Positions 59,104-64,000 of a stretch of 64,000 nt of DNA are shown here, in pieces; the stretch's first letter is position 1, and the number at the start of each line of letters is the position of its first letter. The DNA lies in NCBI GenBank assembly GCA_044507735.1, contig JBIQJB010000001.1, forward strand, positions 64,001-128,000, written 5' to 3'. A program made the position numbers and the translations under genes. The notes beneath the pieces were generated by a model. It saw only the letters and a program-made list of their open reading frames with translations, was not told the DNA's origin and did not search any database. The DNA comes from Nitrosopumilales archaeon. GTDB lineage: Archaea; Thermoproteota; Nitrososphaeria; Nitrososphaerales; Nitrososphaeraceae.

Positions 59104-59703
59104 ATGTCGCAAGAGACAGTGACAGAGGCGCAGGTTTACGATGCTTTGAAGAAGTGCATGGATCCAGAAATTCCTGTCAACGTGGTTGACCTTGGGCTCA
59201 TATATGGAGTCAAGATCGCAAGCGGCAAGGACGTGGACATTAAGATGACAATGACAACAAGAGGCTGCCCGCTTCACGATACTCTTGTTAGCGACGTAAA
59301 GCGGTATGTTGGCAAGATAAACGGCATTGGCAAGATCAATGTGGAGATTGTTTGGGACCCGCCATGGACACTTGAAAAGATGAACCCTGAGGTCCGCGAA
59401 AAGCTCGGGTTCGGCAAGCCAAAGCTCCGTTTCCAGATCGACTACGAAAAGAGCAAGCCCCTCAAGGTGGGAAGATATGCCCGGCAGGAGGATGGGTCGC
59501 TGGTTCTCGCGAATGACAAGGACATGAGCTACATGGTCAATGAAGCGATAATTGAGTTCTGGAACACCTGTGACGGTACCAAAACGATAAACCAGCTCAC
59601 AGACCAGTTTTCTGCAAAACTAGGCATGCCAAGGCAGCAGGTCGAACAGGAAGTCGTCCAGCTGGTCCAACAGTTGCTTGAAGCCGAGCTGCTCAAGGCC
59701 TGA
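59104..59703 (+). CDS. DUF59/SufT Fe-S assembly domain fused to a PqqD-like domain
   Basis: DPEIPVNVVDLG...TTRGCP...WDPPWT; C-terminal VNE....FW..CDG..T...L......V..LV..L...ELL. Confidence 0.85.
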   Translation: MSQETVTEAQVYDALKKCMDPEIPVNVVDLGLIYGVKIASGKDVDIKMTMTTRGCPLHDTLVSDVKRYVGKINGIGKINVEIVWDPPWTLEKMNPEVREKLGFGKPKLRFQIDYEKSKPLKVGRYARQEDGSLVLANDKDMSYMVNEAIIEFWNTCDGTKTINQLTDQFSAKLGMPRQQVEQEVVQLVQQLLEAELLKA

Positions 59704-60263
59704 TGCTTGACTTTTCATCTTGGCCAGGCATAATTGTAGAGCTTGGCATGGGAGATGGCAGGCTTCTTGAAAGCCTAGCAAAGCGGGATGGCGATTCTTT
59801 GTACGTCGGCATTGAGCTTGATCGTGAACAGTGCAGGAGGGCTCAATCGAGGATAATGCTTGGCAATGTGGAGATATTGAACGGATCTTTTGAAGACATC
59901 CTTCCCACTTTTCCTGACAGGTCCGTGGACCGGTTTATTGCAGTGCTGCCAGACCCTGCATACATCGATGAGAAAAAGCAAGAGCTGTGGATCCCCTTCT
60001 ACAGGGTCGTTTTTGAGAAACTGAAAGAGGCAGGCACGCTCGAGCTTATTACCGAAATAACCGACGAACTCTTTCAGCCTGTGAGCGAGAAAGCGTACCG
60101 GAAGTGGGCCGGATGGCTCAAGTCTGTCTTCCTCTCTATGGGGTTTTCAGTGAAGAGAGAGCAGGAGGGAGCTCCCGATCGATACCGGTCACGCTGCATT
60201 GACCAGTTTAGAGGTGACCCTGAGCGGATCAGGATGATAACGCTCGAGCTTGAAAAGCGATGA
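59703..60263 (+). CDS. Class I SAM-dependent methyltransferase (TrmB-like)
   Basis: VELGMGDG, YVGIE, LPDP; ATG overlaps the upstream TGA. Confidence 0.75.
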   Translation: MLDFSSWPGIIVELGMGDGRLLESLAKRDGDSLYVGIELDREQCRRAQSRIMLGNVEILNGSFEDILPTFPDRSVDRFIAVLPDPAYIDEKKQELWIPFYRVVFEKLKEAGTLELITEITDELFQPVSEKAYRKWAGWLKSVFLSMGFSVKREQEGAPDRYRSRCIDQFRGDPERIRMITLELEKR

Positions 60264-60353
60264 TCAAAAAAATTTCCGGACTTTGATTTAGTGTCACTCT
60301 TCGCTAATCCAGCTGAAAACCGGCTTTATAGTTGGAGCGCGGCTATGTCGGCG

Positions 60354-62009
60354 ATGCGAATTCCTTTTGCTTTAGCAATAATCCTTATCGTCGGCATGGC
60401 GGTGAGTTTCGTCTCCTCTTCCTATCTATCTGCATTAGCACAGGTAGCCGAGGTTCCCGGAATGCGACCGGACGTCGTTTACGGTGAGGCTAAGCGCAAC
60501 GTTATTTTGACATTCTATATAGGCCAAAACGACACTGCACGGCTGCTGGAAATCCTTGACGTCCTGCAGGAAGGCAACGTCAGCAAAGCAATATTTTTCA
60601 TGCAACCCAGCTTTGTGGAGAACAACGCCACTCTTGCTACTGCAGTGGGACAGAGTGGATATTCCGTTCTCCCGTGGCGCGATATAGGTCACTACGACCC
60701 TGCTCATCCCCCGACAGAATTTGAAGGCATCCTGCTCTCAGACAGAGATATCCTTGGTAGGACCGCCAAGATAGCCGATGTCATGGCGTTCTACAACGTT
60801 GCGTTGCACTCTACAAACTCTAGCACAATCGCGTTCACGCCAAGCACAACTGGCTTTAATGCGTCAACCAGTATTGCGGTGCTTGAGGAGTTGCTGGAAA
60901 ATGCAGGCAGGACGCTTGCATTTGTCGGCGATGGCGGAACCAACATAATTTCCCCGCCAATTCCTATGCTAGTTGGCCAGGCAGAAAATCTGACGACGAG
61001 CGCTATTGGGGTTAACACGACTGATAGGATTGTGGTGGCAGATGGTGAATGGAACATGCAGAACCTGCAACAGAGGTATCCGCAGGACATAAGCGTAATC
61101 CAGACCCATTTTGGTACAAGTTATTTGATTGATACTACTTTGGTCATTGGCGAGAACGCGCGTTTGGACATTTCTGGCGAAAATGTTCTGATAGCGTCGC
61201 CGGTCCAGGACAGCGACAGAAGATTGGAGATAGCAGGAAACGCTTCCATAGTCAATTCAAATGTCTCTTCATGGGATACAGTACAGAACACTCAAGACCT
61301 AAACCCGTATCATCAGCGACCTTTTATTCTGGTAAATGGCGGCCAAGTTGAAATCAGAAACTCGACCATAAGCCACCTTGGCTTTCCGCTAGCCGGTCTG
61401 AGCGAGAATAGGAACGCAAGAGCTGCTCTGATGTTTCTTGAAAGCGGCAACTTTACAATTGCTAATTCTACCATTGCATTCAACTTTGACGGGATCTATG
61501 CAAGGAACAGCAGCCATTTCCAGATCATCGGCAACGAGGTCTATGGCAATGTCCGATCAGGGATAGACATCCGGTCAGGATCGAACAACTTTGTTATCCG
61601 CAACAACTACGTGCATGACAACGGCTATGAAGGTATGATCTGTACGGAATGCACGGGTGGAGTACTTATGGAAAGCAACAATGTCGCGCACAATGAAGAG
61701 ACGGGAATAAAGCTGTTTTCACACACCAACTCTACTACGGTTTCGCACAACGACCTCAGATACAACGAAAAGTTCGGCGTCTACCTTCGAAACAACAGCA
61801 CAGGCAATGTGATCAGCAACAATACCGTGGTTGGAAGTGAAGAAGGGATAACACTTACCGGCTCCTCAACCGGTAACACGATTGCAGACAACAACTTGAT
61901 GGCTAACGGTGTGGCAATAGAATCGGACGATACAAGCCAATCAAACGTGTTCAGGAACAACAGGATAACGAGCACAACTCTGATAACGAACACAACTCTG
62001 ACTCGATAG
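60354..62009 (+). CDS. Secreted protein: NodB-like domain + right-handed beta-helix
   Basis: Signal peptide; VILTF...LL.ILDVL....V.KA.FF; many N.V.N/G-I repeats; SSWD...RPFI..NGG...ISHLG; start 60345 or 60354. Confidence 0.8.
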   Translation: MRIPFALAIILIVGMAVSFVSSSYLSALAQVAEVPGMRPDVVYGEAKRNVILTFYIGQNDTARLLEILDVLQEGNVSKAIFFMQPSFVENNATLATAVGQSGYSVLPWRDIGHYDPAHPPTEFEGILLSDRDILGRTAKIADVMAFYNVALHSTNSSTIAFTPSTTGFNASTSIAVLEELLENAGRTLAFVGDGGTNIISPPIPMLVGQAENLTTSAIGVNTTDRIVVADGEWNMQNLQQRYPQDISVIQTHFGTSYLIDTTLVIGENARLDISGENVLIASPVQDSDRRLEIAGNASIVNSNVSSWDTVQNTQDLNPYHQRPFILVNGGQVEIRNSTISHLGFPLAGLSENRNARAALMFLESGNFTIANSTIAFNFDGIYARNSSHFQIIGNEVYGNVRSGIDIRSGSNNFVIRNNYVHDNGYEGMICTECTGGVLMESNNVAHNEETGIKLFSHTNSTTVSHNDLRYNEKFGVYLRNNSTGNVISNNTVVGSEEGITLTGSSTGNTIADNNLMANGVAIESDDTSQSNVFRNNRITSTTLITNTTLTR

Positions 62010-62010
62010 G

Positions 62011-62397
62011 TTAGACTTGGTGCCTCATTGCGCAGTGCTCTGCCATACACTCCCTAGAACAGAACTCAAAACTGCAGCCGTCATGGCTGCAGGGCACAGG
62101 TTCTGAGTGGTTGAACTTCATGTTGCAATAGGTGCACACCGTTTCGAGTTCCGGGAAGTCGCGATTGAGGAACTGCTCGCACGACCTCTTTTCTCTGAAC
62201 CAGAGCACCTCAAGGTTCAACTTTTCGGCGTGTGTCAGGACCGTGTCATAGGCCTCGTAGTATCCTGGAGCGTAAAACTGGCGCATGAAAATAGATCCGC
62301 CGACATGCTTTTTGGAATTTGGGTTCCTATAAGCTACCAACCACTTTTCAAGTGGTAATTCGTCGCCAGACGCCACCTTTTTTCTGCTGCCCTTCAC
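62011..62397 (-). CDS. Hypothetical protein with C-terminal Cys/His zinc finger
   Basis: CTYC...C...C...FCS.EC..EH...H. Confidence 0.75.
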   Translation of the reverse strand: MKGSRKKVASGDELPLEKWLVAYRNPNSKKHVGGSIFMRQFYAPGYYEAYDTVLTHAEKLNLEVLWFREKRSCEQFLNRDFPELETVCTYCNMKFNHSEPVPCSHDGCSFEFCSRECMAEHCAMRHQV

Positions 62398-62422
62398 TAC
62401 GTTTCTTCGTGCAATCGCAAGT

Positions 62423-63907
62423 TTAATTCCTTGCTGCCAGAAGGGCGTTCTGCATGTATTGGCGGAGCTCCGACGCCTTCACCCTCTCCTGTTGCATCGT
62501 ATCGCGGTGTCTAACTGTAACAGTGTCGTCCTGCATGGTGGTGTGGTCTACCGTGACCGCAAACGGGGCGCCCACCTCTTCCAGCCTCCGGTAGCGGCGC
62601 CCTATCGACCCAGATTCGTCATAGAAGGTGTCAAAGTCATATTTCAGATCAGAATGGATCTTGCGGGCCTTCTGGTCCAACCCGTCCTTTGTCACTAGCG
62701 GCAGTATCCCGACAAGCACAGGCGCAAGGTATGGCTTTAATCGGAGGACTACTCTATCGTCGTGCTGTTCGTCCTCGTAGTAGCAGTGCTCAAGGATGGT
62801 GTAGATGCTCCTGTCGATTCCCATGGAAAGTTCAAACACATGCGGCAAGACTTTGGTCTGGTCGGCAGGGTCGACTACCTCTAGGTTCTGTTTGCTTGTG
62901 GAGGCGTGCCCCTTCAGATCATAGTCGGAACGATAGTTACACGCTACAAGCTCGAGCCATCCAATGCTCGTTTCAACTTCAAAATCAAACGCGACGGAGG
63001 CATAGAACGCCTTTTCCTCGTCTGACAGTCTGCGGAACCGGCTGCGCTTTATGTCAATGCCTGTCTTGGCATAGAATTCGGTCAAGAGAGCAAGGTAGTA
63101 GGCCACAAGCTTGTTTGGTATCAGGCCCTTGTTGATGCCTTCCTCAGCTGTGGTTTCGATGACGGAGGATCCATCATGCGACGAAATTCGCAATATGGTG
63201 CTTCTTACTTCATCGAACTTGGGCATGTCGTTCAATCTATTTGGGTTGCAGAACACCTCGATCTCGGCCTGATAGAACTCTCTTAGGCGGAGCAAGCTCT
63301 GTCTTGGCGCAATTTCGTTACGGAAGCTCTTTCCTACCTGAGCAATTCCAAGTGGCAGGCGACCACGCATCGTCTTGAAGACCCGGGCAAAATCCACAAA
63401 GATCGTTTGGCATGTTTCCGGGCGCAGGTACGCCTCTTCGGCGGCTGGGCCGATGCCAACTCGAAACATCATGTTGAACCGGCTGACATTGCCAAATTCT
63501 CCCTTGCAATTTGGACAGCGCAGGTTGTGCTTTTTTATCAGAGCATTGATTTCTTCATCAGACATTCTTTCCGGGACGTTTTCTCCGGTCTTTTCACTGA
63601 TGTGTCGGTCGGCGCGAAAGGTAGAGCCGCACTTTGTGCATTTTACGATAGGATCGGTAAAGTTGCCAATATGGCCCGAAGCAACGAATACGCTCTTGCT
63701 CATTATCTGGGAGCCGTCGATCTCCATCATGCCGTCGCGCCTTACCAACTCGCGCCGCCACAGCTCGATAAACTTGTTCTTCATGTTGACGCCGGCAGGC
63801 CCGTATTCCCAAAATCCGGCAGGGGCATCAGAGTAAATCTCACAACTCGGAAAGTAGAATCCTCTTGCAAGGGCGAGTTTCATTACCTCGTCATAATTTG
63901 TAACCAT
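62423..63907 (-). CDS. glyS: Glycine--tRNA ligase (alpha2 type)
   Basis: YLRPETCQ, GKSFRNEI.PR..L.RLREF.Q.E, ELSMGIDR, SIGRRYRR; ATG 63907 preferred. Confidence 0.96.
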   Translation of the reverse strand: MVTNYDEVMKLALARGFYFPSCEIYSDAPAGFWEYGPAGVNMKNKFIELWRRELVRRDGMMEIDGSQIMSKSVFVASGHIGNFTDPIVKCTKCGSTFRADRHISEKTGENVPERMSDEEINALIKKHNLRCPNCKGEFGNVSRFNMMFRVGIGPAAEEAYLRPETCQTIFVDFARVFKTMRGRLPLGIAQVGKSFRNEIAPRQSLLRLREFYQAEIEVFCNPNRLNDMPKFDEVRSTILRISSHDGSSVIETTAEEGINKGLIPNKLVAYYLALLTEFYAKTGIDIKRSRFRRLSDEEKAFYASVAFDFEVETSIGWLELVACNYRSDYDLKGHASTSKQNLEVVDPADQTKVLPHVFELSMGIDRSIYTILEHCYYEDEQHDDRVVLRLKPYLAPVLVGILPLVTKDGLDQKARKIHSDLKYDFDTFYDESGSIGRRYRRLEEVGAPFAVTVDHTTMQDDTVTVRHRDTMQQERVKASELRQYMQNALLAARN

Positions 63908-64000
63908 CTGCAAGAAGCAGACGTCTGAGACATGCTTTAAGTTTATTGCCAATGTCCTATCATCACGCATGCGGGAAACTCATGACTCCTGCAGCGGATC

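Noticed and set aside
1-64000. Many long antisense or alternate-frame ORFs in the track (e.g. 11012..11668, 27300..28106, 30464..31309, 44720..45424)
   Set aside because: They shadow well-recognised genes on the opposite strand and lack family motifs.

Overview
Chromosomal window from an ammonia-oxidising archaeon (Nitrososphaeraceae-like). It carries archaeal amoC, amoB, amoA and amoX spread over about 17 kb, and the methylmalonyl-CoA mutase (two subunits), MeaB and epimerase genes used in the HP/HB carbon-fixation cycle. It also has a proteostasis cluster (thermosome, Hsp20, Cdc48, a membrane-anchored Lon-type S16 protease), information-processing genes (rsmA, rpo4, rpl21e, radA, PCNA, TFS, rpo11, glyS), ilvC, lysC, cobJ/cbiH, mtnA, a MacB-type ABC system, tRNA-Pro(TGG) and many lineage-typical surface or membrane proteins, three with PEF(G)-CTERM tails. 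I see no CRISPR array, rRNA, intact transposase or integrase. The best unexplained signals are: (1) a compact candidate regulon at 18.2-20.5 kb, with a winged-helix regulator and three GTAAC-N3-GTTAC palindromes, two inside a duplicated 45-bp promoter at identical spacing from two unrelated envelope genes; (2) an identical 11-mer exactly 19 nt upstream of both amoA and amoC; (3) unusual fusions (membrane-anchored His-motif domain + pterin dehydratase, DUF59 + PqqD-like, NodB-like + AlgG-like beta-helix, secreted domain + dienelactone hydrolase); and (4) a probable CTG-initiated protease. Family assignments come from recognising motifs by eye; no searches were run.
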